A DNA stretch of 60,000 nucleotides from Lytechinus pictus (taxonomy: Eukaryota), in NCBI RefSeq assembly GCF_037042905.1, contig NC_087251.1, positions 41,232,001 to 41,292,000 on the forward strand, given 5' to 3'. The position numbers were made by a program, and so were the translations under genes. Below, one piece after another: positions 1 to 12,105 of this stretch. Within the stretch, counting starts at the first letter, position 1. Each line of letters starts with the position of its first letter. Below the pieces are notes generated by a model that did no database searches, was not told where the DNA came from, and was given only the letters and a program-made list of their open reading frames with translations.

Positions 1-77
1 TACATTTCTAACGTTAGTCGTTACTTAGTCTACAAAAATGCAAGCAAAGTTTCATCAATTTCTACAAAGTGTTGATG

Positions 78-623
78 TGTAGTAAATTTGCCATGTACCT
101 GTAGTACCCTATATGTATTAGTTTGTGTATTAGTCTATGTATTGATCTATGTTCATGTATATTAAGTCTGTGTGTGTGCTGTGTGCATGCGAGGAGCGCT
201 CCTGATTGGAGGAGCCTTTATATGCTCCTACGCCTGCTACGTGTGTGCGTTGCACAGCACGTACACAAGCTGGTGCAAAGGAGATTGGATCCAGACACCA
301 CAGAAAGAAGACCCCGAGACGCCATCGAGTGTGGACATGCATCCCAGCTGTTCCCCACAAGGCGCCATGGTCTGTTAGTGTTTATAGAAGCAACATAGAA
401 TTAGTATACCTGTTTATCTACCGTGTGGCATCGTCTGTACAAGTGTCAGGTAAGTATTAGTTGTTGTCACTGTTTTGTACCGTCGGTAACCCATTTGTGT
501 ATTAGTGAGTCCTAACCCTTGTCAGTGTTGTACTTGTAAGTTTAACCACTCGCCATCGTTTATCGCATCGTGTCTGTGCCATCATTAACACACCCTAACA
601 CCACAACTCTCATTTTTACAACA
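78..623 (+). repeat. 5' LTR (546 bp)
   Basis: Starts TGTAGTAAA and ends TTTACAACA (8/9 inverted match). Matches 7493-8038 by eye; ORF-track translations are identical at offset 7415. Contains ATTGG, a TTTATAT TATA-like motif and a CAG|GTAAGT donor at 450. Confidence 0.95.
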
Positions 624-624
624 T

Positions 625-640
625 TGGCGATTGCGAGTTT
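625..640 (+). other. Putative primer-binding site (TGGCGATTGCGAG)
   Basis: TGG lies 1 nt after the 5' LTR end, the canonical PBS position. The cognate tRNA cannot be identified by eye. Confidence 0.6.
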
Positions 641-3600
641 TCGGATCGTCCTGTGCGCCTTTCATTTTCATCATTTCATGTCCGTTCATACTTCATGTTT
701 GCTCATGAAAGTCACTTGTGAGTGATTTTGAAGTGTATAACGAACGGAGAGTGAGTGGGAAGTTTTCCGCTCTCTACCGTTAATTGTAAATTTGCGTGCC
801 GTGATTGCGTGGGTTTACATGCATCTCGCACACATCTTGTTTAAGTTTTATCATTTTTCCGTACATGATATCATTTCTTGTTTGATACAAGTGGATTTTG
901 ATATATATTTGCCATATCTAGGAAATTATTTCATGTCCACTACGTTGCATTTTCATTGCAAAGCACGTGGTATTCTCTGTGCACACCAAAGGTGCACACG
1001 CCCTTCATTGTTTGTTGCACTTGCATTTCTCATCGCATTCTTCGCGAGTCTCTTCTATTGTTTGGCTCGCGATCAAGAATTTTGTTCCTTGCATATTTTT
1101 GCGTCGCTTACCATCTCGTTGCTTTTGTTTGTAAATTCTTTGAAGTCTGCATCTAGGCGAGGATATTTTTAGTCCCCCATTGTCTTTATAAGCTTTCTTT
1201 CAAATTCGGAACATTCACACCACACCACTTCCAAAAAAAAAAGTCGGGTATGATCGAGTATTTGGTGGATTTATTGGATTGGAAAAGTTAATTTGAACTT
1301 GAAATTTTCTCTCGATCCTCAGTAATTATTCCAGATGGTATAAGTTTCCTACAATTTCATATTCTTGCATATCGGGCAGTGCACCAATATTTTGAGGGCG
1401 TAGAGTTGTTCATACATTTCTATAAAATTTCCAGTATATATTTTCTATCGACATTTGGCAAGTGTTTTTTGCAGCCAGTTCTGTACACATTGAGTGGCAG
1501 AAAGAGTGTTAGAAGTTCTAATACTCCTGGTTGCCGAGTTGAGTAATAGTCTGAATTTACTTCAAATATTTACCCAATGCAGATCGAAATTACACTTGTG
1601 TCGGTGGTACGTTAGAGGTGGGTTTTTCTGAATTTCAGATCTTACCTGTTACTAGAAAATAGGTGGGTTTTCTGAGCTTCGGATCTTACCTGTAACTTGA
1701 AAATATACTCTTGAATTTTGTTCTTAATCAATACACATCTTGTGAATTTTCTTTAAAGCATTTCATTCATCACATCTGATATTGTGATTGTTTCTCTTTA
1801 ATAACTGTGATTAATTGTCATTGTCTTAAATTCAATCTAAAAGTTATTGTTACTCATTGTTGCTAATTGTTCACCCACTCGGTAGAATTGTGTGTGAATA
1901 TATAGACATCTATAAATAATTCCAGTGTCAGACCCGTTGGGACTGGAAAAAATAGACGTCTGAAATATTTATGTAATTAGACTTCTGTCAATACCAGTGT
2001 CAGACTCGTTGGGACTGGAAAAGGGAAGTCTGAATAATTTTATCTTCCCTATCAAATAATTGGTAGTTTGGGCTGGTTGGGTGTAGGCTCCATAATTTTT
2101 TGAAATTGTGTAGTTTTGCAGAGAAACCGGTAGGCTATTTATTTCTTGATAACTTAGATAAATTATTCTCTATGTTCTTCATGTTACATGTTTATATGTC
2201 GATTTGATTCGAAATAAATTGAATCATCACTGTTTGCATAACATCCATGTGCTGATTGTGATTTCCATTGCGTTGGAGATCAAGATTTGCAAGTCAAGAC
2301 TTAAGAGATTATTGCTTTTGACCAAAATTTGACAATCTACCCTCGATCGCCCCGCTCGGCGAATAATATTGAGTCATCACTGTCGATCACGTGACTCCTA
2401 TATTTTTTCACTTGATCGAGAGATTCTCGTTGTAAACACAACAGTCGATCAGAGTTAGAATTTGAAAAATTCTGATTTTATACGATTATCGTGATTGACC
2501 GTTGATTTATTCTAACGATTAGTTCTAAGTAGGAACTCGTAGAAGTTGATTTTGTAATTTGATCGTTCTTTATTAGTTAATTTTAGATCTAACGTCGCGC
2601 GGTTTCCAACCAACACCAGCGCAGCGCACCTCTCCGTCTGGCCCGTAGCTCCAGGCAGGGGGTAACGTTCACGAGCCGGCTATCGTCTCCGTGAAGGCAA
2701 ATTCTGAACGAGTTTTATTTTCGTCAGTTTTTACCGGCAATTTGCTGGATTTACCTGCCAATTGTCTCTTGATTCAATATTTTCGCGAACATAGCTAAAT
2801 TCCTTGTTTCCATATTGTCATATTACTTGTTCGTAGATCTAACCTTAACTTAACTTCACGCCAAGCTTTGTCTGGTGTCAGCCAACGGCAATAGCGTATA
2901 CTATAGCGTCTGCCTATCTGACGTGTGGGTGTTGTACTGTAGGCAGCACTATCACTACTTTGTCTTTGCATTGTTTGAGCTCAATTCGGCTCTTACTGGG
3001 AATTAAAATAATTTATTTGAATTCCTTTAACCTCTTGAATTTGAGCTTATCAGCTGAGTTAGAGCTGTGAATTGGTTTTTTACCTAAAATATATATAAGA
3101 TCTTTGTCAGTTTGTGATAATTCCGATTTTTGTAAAACTAGCTCGACGACGAATTTAGCCATAAAAATATTGGATCAGAATAATCCCATAGTGAGAATTT
3201 GATTTCAAATATCTTCATTATAGTTGGGCATTTTTCCCTTGCAGATAATCTTGTTAATCTCTCAGGTGTTTGTAATTTCCTGACCGTGTATACCTGGAGC
3301 CAACAAGTGCAATTGTTTGCTTTGCCTTTTGACTCGGTGTACAACTGGTTTGAACGAGGACTTGAATTTAATTTCAGGCCCTTAGTTCTTTGTAGGAAAT
3401 TTTTCTTGGAGGTTATCCTGGATTGTCTTTCTGTCTGTTTGAAAATCAGGTTTTCTTAGTTGATAATTTTTAACAAGCATTGTTAGATCAGGAATTTTTC
3501 TTTGGAATAATTCTTGCTTTTAAATTTAAATCCTATATGAGAGATTTAATTTCTATATTTTTAAAAGAAAGATTGTTCTCAAGGGAATTAGGTAAAAAAG

Positions 3601-4521
3601 TTCTGAATTAAATTTTAATAAGGTTCTTGAAAATACTTATTTTAATTCAATCAACTCTTGATTCTGATTTTAAGTGAAAAGTACAGATACTATTGATCTT
3701 TGATATCAGAATAATTGATATCAACATTCTTTGAAATTATTTTTTCATATAGTTGCTCTTGTATATTTGGAGCATCATTCTTGGGCTGAAAATTTGCAAA
3801 TTTATATTCAGGCTCTGGAATTCAATCCTTCAGTGAAATACAAAATTCACTGCTGTCATTTTGCGCAAGTTGATTTCTAAATAGTTAATTATTTTTAGGC
3901 TCATCCACATTCTAAAAAAAGACACAACAAAAAAAAAATAATAATAAATCGGATGTGGGATAAATGTGTGTTTGACACATTTATTTATATATTGCATTCA
4001 TCAGAAATAAACAATTATTATTGAATGCTACTCCTGTAAATCGTTGAGGCTTCGATAAGTTGAATCCTTGTTAGGTTCTTTTAATAGTCGTAGAGTAAGT
4101 AAAACTTATTAACACTTCTGCGATTACTCAGAGTAGTAGAAGTTTGATATTCTATTCTACAAGTGTAGTTTCTGAAACTTGAAGCTGCACTGTACTTTGT
4201 AAATATACTTTCACTGAATACATCCATTGCTACAGGAGTGTGTACATTTATTATTAATATTCAGAGTCAGACGCTTGTTCTTAGCAGTACAAGTATTGCA
4301 GTACTTCACTCTTTCCTTGGCAGTAAGTGTGTTCAGTGACACAAGTATAAACAAACCTAGTTAAGTTCTTTCACTGATCTGCAAGCTTTATTCTGCTAAG
4401 TTTAATACACTGTAGATCATTGAATAAATGAAAGTATCATTTAAAATATGTTTAAGAATATGCCTTTGAATCACCAAGGTGATCATCAATAATACTTTCC
4501 TGAATTTATCTGGAATTCATA

Positions 4522-6474
4522 ATGATGCAAAGTGAAATCGCCAGAGCAAGACAAGGATTAGTTGAAGACATTATAGACAGTCGTAATACTAGTAGGGGAT
4601 AGTTATATGAGTATTCACTGGCAAATAATCTGTACAAGCTTGGTTATCCAAGAAATTTTGTAGATGAATTTGTTTATGAGAGGTTTGATTGTTCAAGGAT
4701 ACATTATTTATCTGATCTCGATTTAACAGATCTTGTATATAAATGTGCTGATAAATGCCAATATAAATATGCTGAACCCAATACTGGTAGAAAGCCTCAG
4801 GCTGATAATTTGAGTACTGATGCATCTTATCATTCTAGGACTGATCATCATGAAGATTGTTCAAGGAATTTTGGTCATATTTCATATGGTTCTTCCAAGG
4901 TTGATCAGGATAGATATCATTCACAATATACTGATCACTCTAGATATGCTCCTGGTACTCCCTATACTAGTGAGGATTCCAAACATTTACATTCATCTTA
5001 TACTCAATGTGAACCCAGATCAAACAGCAGGGTTCAGAGTACAAATAAACATGATTCTTATCCACAATCTTCCTGTCATACTTCTAATGATCATTCCAAA
5101 GATGATGCTTATATAGCAATGATGATGCACTGTATGGCTGTTCAAATGAAATCATTGTCAGAAGAACTGAAATCATCTCGGCATTCATCTACTCTAGATT
5201 CAAGGCTTCCGTCCTTAGATCGAGGTTGCGATGCCCTGAGATCTTATTCTCGTGGGTGTACTGGTCCGCGAGTGTCCTCGTTGCCCAAGTACGTGACCTT
5301 CGATGGTAGAGGATGTTGGCACACTTTTATACGTAATTTCCAGCTATATTCGGAAGATCGTGGTTGGGGTCAAGCCCAACAGCTCAATGAACTTTGCTTT
5401 TGTCTTGAGGGAAGCGCAATCAAATATTTTGCATCAATTATTGTTTCTTCCAAGCTAAACATTCCCTACACAGATGTTATCAAGAAGCTTGAGCAAAGAT
5501 TTGCTTCCAAAGAATTTCCTGTCGCACAATTGCAATTTGATTTTGCGCAGCAGGCAACAACCGAAACAAAGGGGGAATGGGCCGACCGTGTCCTATCCTA
5601 CGCTTCACGCGTCTTTGACGGATTGCCTGAGGAGATTTTTGAGAGGCAAATAGTGCAAAAGTTTTGTCAGGGTTTATTAGACCATGAAGCGGGAAAATAC
5701 GCTATCAAATCACGTCCTCGGAATCTTGATGATGCCATTTACTTAGTTCGGTGGTTTCAGCATCGGCTAAAGTATGCAAGACAAAGGTCTTACGATACTG
5801 TCGAGGAGGATCCCAGAGTTAACCGTATGGGTGTTTCCGGGCATGCCTCTAATGCTCAGCAGTCCTCCGGTCAGAACAGTCTGGAGGACCGAGTGCCCAA
5901 TCTGGAGAAGAAGGTTGATATTCAATCTGCTCCAGGGGCACAGATGAAGTCCTTCCAGTCCTCAGTCCAGGGATCGGTAACTGCTGTCCAAGAGCAGAAT
6001 AGGCATACACATTCGACTCCTTCGACAGAAGACAATGAATCCCAGTTGTCTTGTCGTGATGTTTGTTTTGCATGCAACAAATCTGGACACTTTAAGAGGA
6101 ACTGTCCAGAATGTTTAGCAGTAAAACATGTAGATATCTTAAGTGTAGATGATGTAACTGTAAATACCACATGTGTAGACGATGTAACTGTAGATACTAC
6201 ATGTGTAAGTGATGTTACAGTAAATACCATAGGTATAGATAATGTAACTCTTGTAACTGTATCAGAGGACAGTCGAGCCTCTACTGAGGATATCAAGCAT
6301 GGGCAGAGTTATCTTGTGCAAATGCTTTGGGGAAGTACCCCTCCTAAGCTGTCCATCCTTGAATTCCTCAGTTCTCTTCTCTGGTGGAACCAGAGGTATG
6401 TCTGTAGTTTAAGTAACGGCCAATTCCATTTATCTTGTCCGTGGCTCCTTCCTCCCTGGCCACCACCCCAATAA
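4522..6474 (+). CDS. gag: Retrotransposon Gag (capsid + CCHC zinc knuckle); frame has one in-frame TAG at 4600-4602, next in-frame ATG at 5119
   Basis: Capsid-like motifs FDGRGCWHTFIRNF, LEGSAIKYF, LEQRF, KFCQGL and RPRNLDDA; knuckle CFACNKSGHFKRNC. Manual translation shows the frame open from 4603 to 6474 and from ATG 4522 to 4599. Confidence 0.85.
6145..6264 (+). repeat. 30-bp in-frame tandem repeat x4 in gag (VDDVTVNTTC-like)
   Basis: Unit GTAGATGATGTAACTGTAAATACCACATGT with progressively diverged copies. Confidence 0.85.
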
Positions 6475-7478
6475 TGGAGTAGTATCTCCTTGATCAGTTG
6501 CTGAAAGTCCTGCAATTGAAATTTCTGTTGTTATACATTGTAATTCCTTTAATAGTCACTGAAGGTGAAGGCACACCTCTTATTTTCAATAGCTTTTACC
6601 TCTTCAGGTGACATATGAATTAATAGGTGCAAACACGGTTTATGCAATAGCTCTTTTATACTACATAAGATATATAGATATTTCAACCATAGATCCTTTA
6701 CCTTGTTTGCAAAGGCTTTATAAACAACCCTGGAAATATTGTCATACAGGATGTTGAAATAGTAGTAGTTTTTTCTCAAGAGAAAATACTATGTATGTAT
6801 GTCAAGTCCAGGTTGTTATATCTATTTGCACCCGATCTGGTTGAATTATCCTTACATTACATATGTTTTTAAGAGCTCAAACATATTACCAATCATATAT
6901 CATATTTGTAAAGGTCACATTGTACAGGCCTATATTAATTGGTAATAGAGCTCCAGCCAAATTGGCTTTATTCCATTGTCATTATTTTAATAGTACAATA
7001 TACAACTTAATATAAAGCACTGACCAAGAGTCAACTTTAAGAATCTATGTCAAGTAGTGCACTTTGAAGGATGAACATACAATGTACCTTCTTTCAGTCA
7101 TTCAGACTTGCACTAAAATAAGAAGATAACCTTTGTATCAATACATAGACAAGACTGGGCCAGCCTGGCCAGATTAATACTTACCATTAACTTGTTCTTG
7201 TTTCTCCAAGGGTACATTTGCTGGTCTCAAGTGATGAGATGTTTAATTTTGCTGGACCAGCAATCTTTTTAATGAACAAGTTAAGAATAGTTCATATCCT
7301 CAGATCACACTTTTTGTGTATTTGAGGTATTTTATTGATGTCATGTATTTAATCAGTTTTAATCATATAGGCATATATTACATTCTTCTGTCAGAGTTCT
7401 TCATATATCTGTTTTTATCTATTGAGATTGCACAATATAGCCAATTCATGGATTTGTCAATATATGTCGCAATCTGAT

Positions 7479-7492
7479 GGAACCGGGAGGAA
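7479..7492 (+). other. Polypurine tract-like site
   Basis: GGAACCGGGAGGAA immediately precedes the TGT start of the 3' LTR. Confidence 0.7.
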
Positions 7493-8038
7493 TGTAGTAA
7501 ATTTGCCATGTACCTGTAGTACCCTATATGTATTAGTTTGTGTATTAGTCTATGTATTGATCTATGTTCATGTATATTAAGTCTGTGTGTGTGCTGTGTG
7601 CATGCGAGGAGCGCTCCTGATTGGAGGAGCCTTTATATGCTCCTACGCCTGCTACGTGTGTGCGTTGCACAGCACGTACACAAGCTGGTGCAAAGGAGAT
7701 TGGATCCAGACACCACAGAAAGAAGACCCCGAGACGCCATCGAGTGTGGACATGCATCCCAGCTGTTCCCCACAAGGCGCCATGGTCTGTTAGTGTTTAT
7801 AGAAGCAACATAGAATTAGTATACCTGTTTATCTACCGTGTGGCATCGTCTGTACAAGTGTCAGGTAAGTATTAGTTGTTGTCACTGTTTTGTACCGTCG
7901 GTAACCCATTTGTGTATTAGTGAGTCCTAACCCTTGTCAGTGTTGTACTTGTAAGTTTAACCACTCGCCATCGTTTATCGCATCGTGTCTGTGCCATCAT
8001 TAACACACCCTAACACCACAACTCTCATTTTTACAACA
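7493..8038 (+). repeat. 3' LTR (546 bp)
   Basis: Copy of 78-623, followed by the GATG TSD. Confidence 0.95.
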
Positions 8039-10564
8039 GATGTTAGGCAATTCTTATAGAGAACAAAAAAAGATTATTACAACTTTTATATAGTTGTAAT
8101 CATCTTCTATTTTTTCTCTATATATACGGTAGATAGGGTCTAGTGAGTGATTGTATTACCGACCGGCCTTGTATTACCAAACGCGCGCATCATACGCATC
8201 AGAAAATAATTTTATACGCTCAAAATTTTGCAACATCCAAAGAGAACTTGAAGTTGAATAGAAACTTTTAGAAAGATGATGAAAAATTGTCAAAAACACA
8301 TTTTCAAAGTCTTAATATTCTAAAAATATGGTCAAAATAGCTCGACATCAGTGATTTTGTTGTTTTCTCAACTTTTCCCATAGAAAACACACGTTCGGTA
8401 ATACGATACCTTTTTCAAGTGACCAAAATGTTTCACATGCGAAGAGGGGTCCGATTGGAAGCTAATATCGTAAAAAGGAAAAACGATTTCGGCCAAATTT
8501 TTACATATTTATATTTTGTAGGTAATTGTGTACCATATTTTTCGGAATATAAACCGCGGACATGTATTAACCGCACCCCAAAATCGGGAGGCTAAAAAAT
8601 AAAAAAAAAGAATTGGCAAACCGAATTTGACGGCAAATTGGACAAGTCAATTTCACTGAAAATCTGTGAAAGGTCAAAAGATATATTACTAATTTTTGTA
8701 TTAAAAAAAATGGTTACCTCATTCTTTAACTTTATTTTTCAAAGAATATGAATTATTCCTTTGTAGAATAAAGAAAAAAAACATGAAATGGCAGCATTGT
8801 ATATCAAACTTATAGTGTAAAAAGGGAATTAAAAAAAAATATATTGAGAGAAAAAGGAGAGAAATAAAGAATAAAGGACATTATTTATTGCCTTTTTAAT
8901 AACCGATTACGTGTACATGCCTATTGAAGAGCATTTTCCATGCATTTTTAGATGAAAAAAAGTTTTCATCACAAAACAATCAGATTTTTTAATAGGAAAA
9001 CATTAAATTAATAGTAATTAAATAAATAATATAAAACAACCTTTACAAAGAAGATTTTTCAAAGAAAACTTCGCAAAATATACTTTCTATTTTTAGTAAC
9101 CAACAAACATTTATACATTGAATATTGTATATACTTCTTGGTTGGTGCATTGTTATACTTACCGAAGAAGCATAGGTAGTCAGTTTACTGATGAAATATT
9201 GTTGTTTCTTTGGATAAACCGCACCCTTTTTTTTCAAGATTTTTTTTTTTTTTTCCTGAAAAAAAAAGAAAAGGTATTTGTGGTAAAAGTTTGGTGAATT
9301 ATATGAGAATGTGTTTGATATGTCATGATTGAATTCATAAAAAGTGTTCAGTAATACGATCCACTACCATACTATACCCTATTTTGTTCTCTATACGGTA
9401 CTATAAAGTGTAATCCAAAGACAAAAAACAAATGCTTCAAAATAAGACTGTCCAGATCCAGACACCCGACCCGGTCCCCCCCCCCCCATCCTACACGAAA
9501 CCACGATTTGGCCGATAACAGTTCATTGCTTAAATCATCTCAATCCGTATTCTGAAAATTTTCCTAATTCTTAATAGGACGTCCCCTATTTTTTTTTCTG
9601 ACACCCATATTTGATCATGAACCAATAATTAATTTTTTTGATATGCTTAGGTCAACCAATAGAAGCGCCTCTTCTGAAAAAATAATGAAGCGGCATGAGG
9701 CCTGTATTAATCTTCAAGTGTGAAGGACACAGGTCTACCCTGAAGAAGAAGTAGAGGCGTAATTTCCCTTGCGCCCCGGACGCTTATTCTTGTGCGCTAC
9801 TGTGCTAAAATAAATCAGTATTCTGAAAATTGTCTTATCTTTGTATTGTAAGGACGTCCCGTCTCTACTGACACGCCCAATTATCATCGAACAATAATTC
9901 AAGTTACATGTGTGTGTCTGGGTCAACCAACTCTAAATAGGAGTGCCTCTTCTGTAAAAACATTAAGCGCATTATTCAAAGGTTCGAAGCTTTATTTTCC
10001 CTTGCGCCTCAGACCCTTATGCTTGTCTGCGCTTTGTGACGAAAATTCATGTGACTGTTCTCCCAGGCAAATTTTCTTTGAAAACATTCATCTCCAATGA
10101 GATCTTTAAATTTCTGAAAAGTCTTCAAATCCGTTCTGTAATATCTCTAGAAATAAATTTCTTCTTTTATAAAACAAGGGCTGATCTTGCGGGATGCCGC
10201 AAAATATTGTTGTTCACCGAAAATATGTCATACAACATCAAGTTACAAGAGCCCGGCACCACCTACTGTAAACACTGTTTATTTGCGGGATTAATTTTTC
10301 GGGCTTGGCGGCTTCAAAACATATTGGAAGGTTCTTGATTTCGCGCTGCACACTCCATAATCTCAAAGTCACTTCCTTCTTCCCCATCTGTGCATGGTTT
10401 TAATTAACATTTCAGCAACAAAATTGTATTTTCTGATCATAATTTCTGCTCTAAAGCGGCGTAATTCAGCATTGTTTTGATGTAATCATAAACTTTTGTG
10501 ACATTTAGCGCAACTTTTCTTTGCGGGACAGACAACGTCAATGTTGACAACGACGCCGCCGTCA

Positions 10565-11292
10565 GAAAACTGAACATCCTGTCTTACATGTAGTTTCAGG
10601 TCACATGACCAAGGTCAAAGGTCATTTAGGGTCAATGAACTTAGACCATGTTGGGGGAATCAATATCGAAATCTTAACCAAGTTTTTGAAATGTTGTCAT
10701 AACTTGGAAATTATATGGACTTAGTTTATGAAACTTAGACATAAGGGTAACAGTGTATCACTGAATATCCCTGATCATCCTGTGCAAGTTTCAGGTCACA
10801 TGATCAAGGTCAAAAGTAATTTAGGGTCAACAAACTTTGATAATGTTCGGGGTATTTGTGGAATTGTCATAACTTTAAAAGTTTATATATCTAGTTCATG
10901 AAACTTGGACATAAGAGTAACCATGTATGAGGTATTATTGAATATCCTGTGCGCATTTCAGGTATCATGACCAAGATTTAAGGTCAATGAACTTTGGCCG
11001 TGTTGGGGGTATTTGTTGAATTGGCATCATAACTTAAAAAGTTTATAGATCTACACATGTAGTTCATGAAACATAGACAAAAGGGTGATCAAGTATGAAT
11101 GATTGTTTTGCACATGTCTTAGGTCACATGATCATGGTCAAAGGTCATGTTGGGTCAATGGACATAGTATTTTATTATCATATGAGTGTTTTCTTTTGTG
11201 AATAATTGTTCAATAGCTGTTTTCAAAGTCAGCACTGTGCTCTATTGAATCGCGTAATTCAGGCGAGACTGCCAAAGGCATTCCACCTGTTA
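10565..11292. repeat. Interspersed element with internal tandem array (GGTCACATGACCAAGGTCAAAGGTCA units), Helentron/HINE-like
   Basis: About four ~170-190-bp diverged units, each with TTCAGGTCACATGA(C/T)CAAGGTCAA...GGGTCAATGAACTT. Family assignment is from general resemblance only; boundaries approximate. Confidence 0.55.
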
Positions 11293-11325
11293 TTATTAAA
11301 CTTCTTTTCTCTTTCTCTTCTCCAG

Positions 11326-11493
11326 GCTGGAATGGAGGATTTCTCTGAGTCTTTTGAGGAAGTAACACTGTTGACAGCCTTTGTGACGTACATGAGTTAT
11401 ATCATCTTAGCTTTAGTTGGTTATGTCCGGGATGCCATGATGAAATTAGGAATAGATGAAGATAGAGCCGCCCAAGAGTCTCCAAAGCTGAAG
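11326..11493 (+). CDS. SPTLC2: Serine palmitoyltransferase LCB2 subunit, first visible coding exon
   Basis: Polypyrimidine tract + CAG acceptor and AAG|GTAAG donor. Encodes AGMEDFSESFEEVTLLTAFVTYMSYIILALVGYVRD, like the LCB2 N-terminal hydrophobic segment. Confidence 0.88.
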
Positions 11494-12105
11494 GTAAGAA
11501 GATTTTGAAAGTGAATAATCAAGACATTCAAAGAAAATAATGAATAAGGCAAAACAAATATCATTAGAAATAGGAATCAAGCAGAGTACAGTAGTAAGTT
11601 TATGTGTCATCTGTATAATGAATGATTGAAAAATTATCATAGAAACACTTCTCAGTGTGTGATATATTAGCAATAAATTTGTTCTGGTGACATCTTGTTA
11701 AGCAAATTCTGCATACACTGAGATAAAGTTATAAAATGTATAAATTATACTACTAATTAAAGCATTTTCATAGCATTCCATAGAATGTTTAAGGCACTCA
11801 AATGTGTGAATGAAACAACCAGAAAAGTACAAACAATAAAAATCTGATTTATTGTATTATGAAGTAGGGTGTATATTGTGACGATTTTTTGTGGTTATTC
11901 ATACCAGATATGTCAAATTCTTGTGTGTATGTGTATCAGATAGAGGGTCCATGTCAGCAGCTAATTGGAGAAATTTTAGAATGTGAGCAATTGGGAGTGA
12001 GTAAGAAATTTACATCAAATTGTAATTGAGTTGTTACTTAGTAAGACTTCAGATCATTCAGTAACTGTTTCATTCAAAACTTTAATGTCACTTTTACTTA
12101 TCCAG

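Larger units (their letters stand above)
78..8038 (+). mobile_element. Full-length non-autonomous Ty3/gypsy-type LTR retrotransposon (gag-only)
   Basis: Direct repeats at 78-623 and 7493-8038 with TGT...ACA termini. GATG TSD at 74-77 and 8039-8042. TGG-starting PBS-like site after the 5' LTR and purine tract before the 3' LTR. Internal gag ORF; no protease/RT/RNaseH/integrase ORF seen. Confidence 0.95.

Noticed and set aside
123..460. Short ORFs duplicated at 7538-7875
   Set aside because: They are incidental frames within the two LTRs with no protein motifs.
792..1172. Hydrophobic 126-aa ORF in the LTR leader as an env-like or extra ORF
   Set aside because: It starts at TTG and its composition reflects T-rich sequence; no signal peptide or furin/fusion motifs were recognised.
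6190..6204. VDTTC as a degenerate aspartic protease active site
   Set aside because: It lacks the D[ST]G glycine and is just one unit of the 30-bp tandem repeat.
8130..9382. Possible TIR element(s) immediately right of the LTR element
   Set aside because: Short ATAGGGT/ACCCTAT inverted ends are suggestive, but boundaries and TSD could not be resolved.
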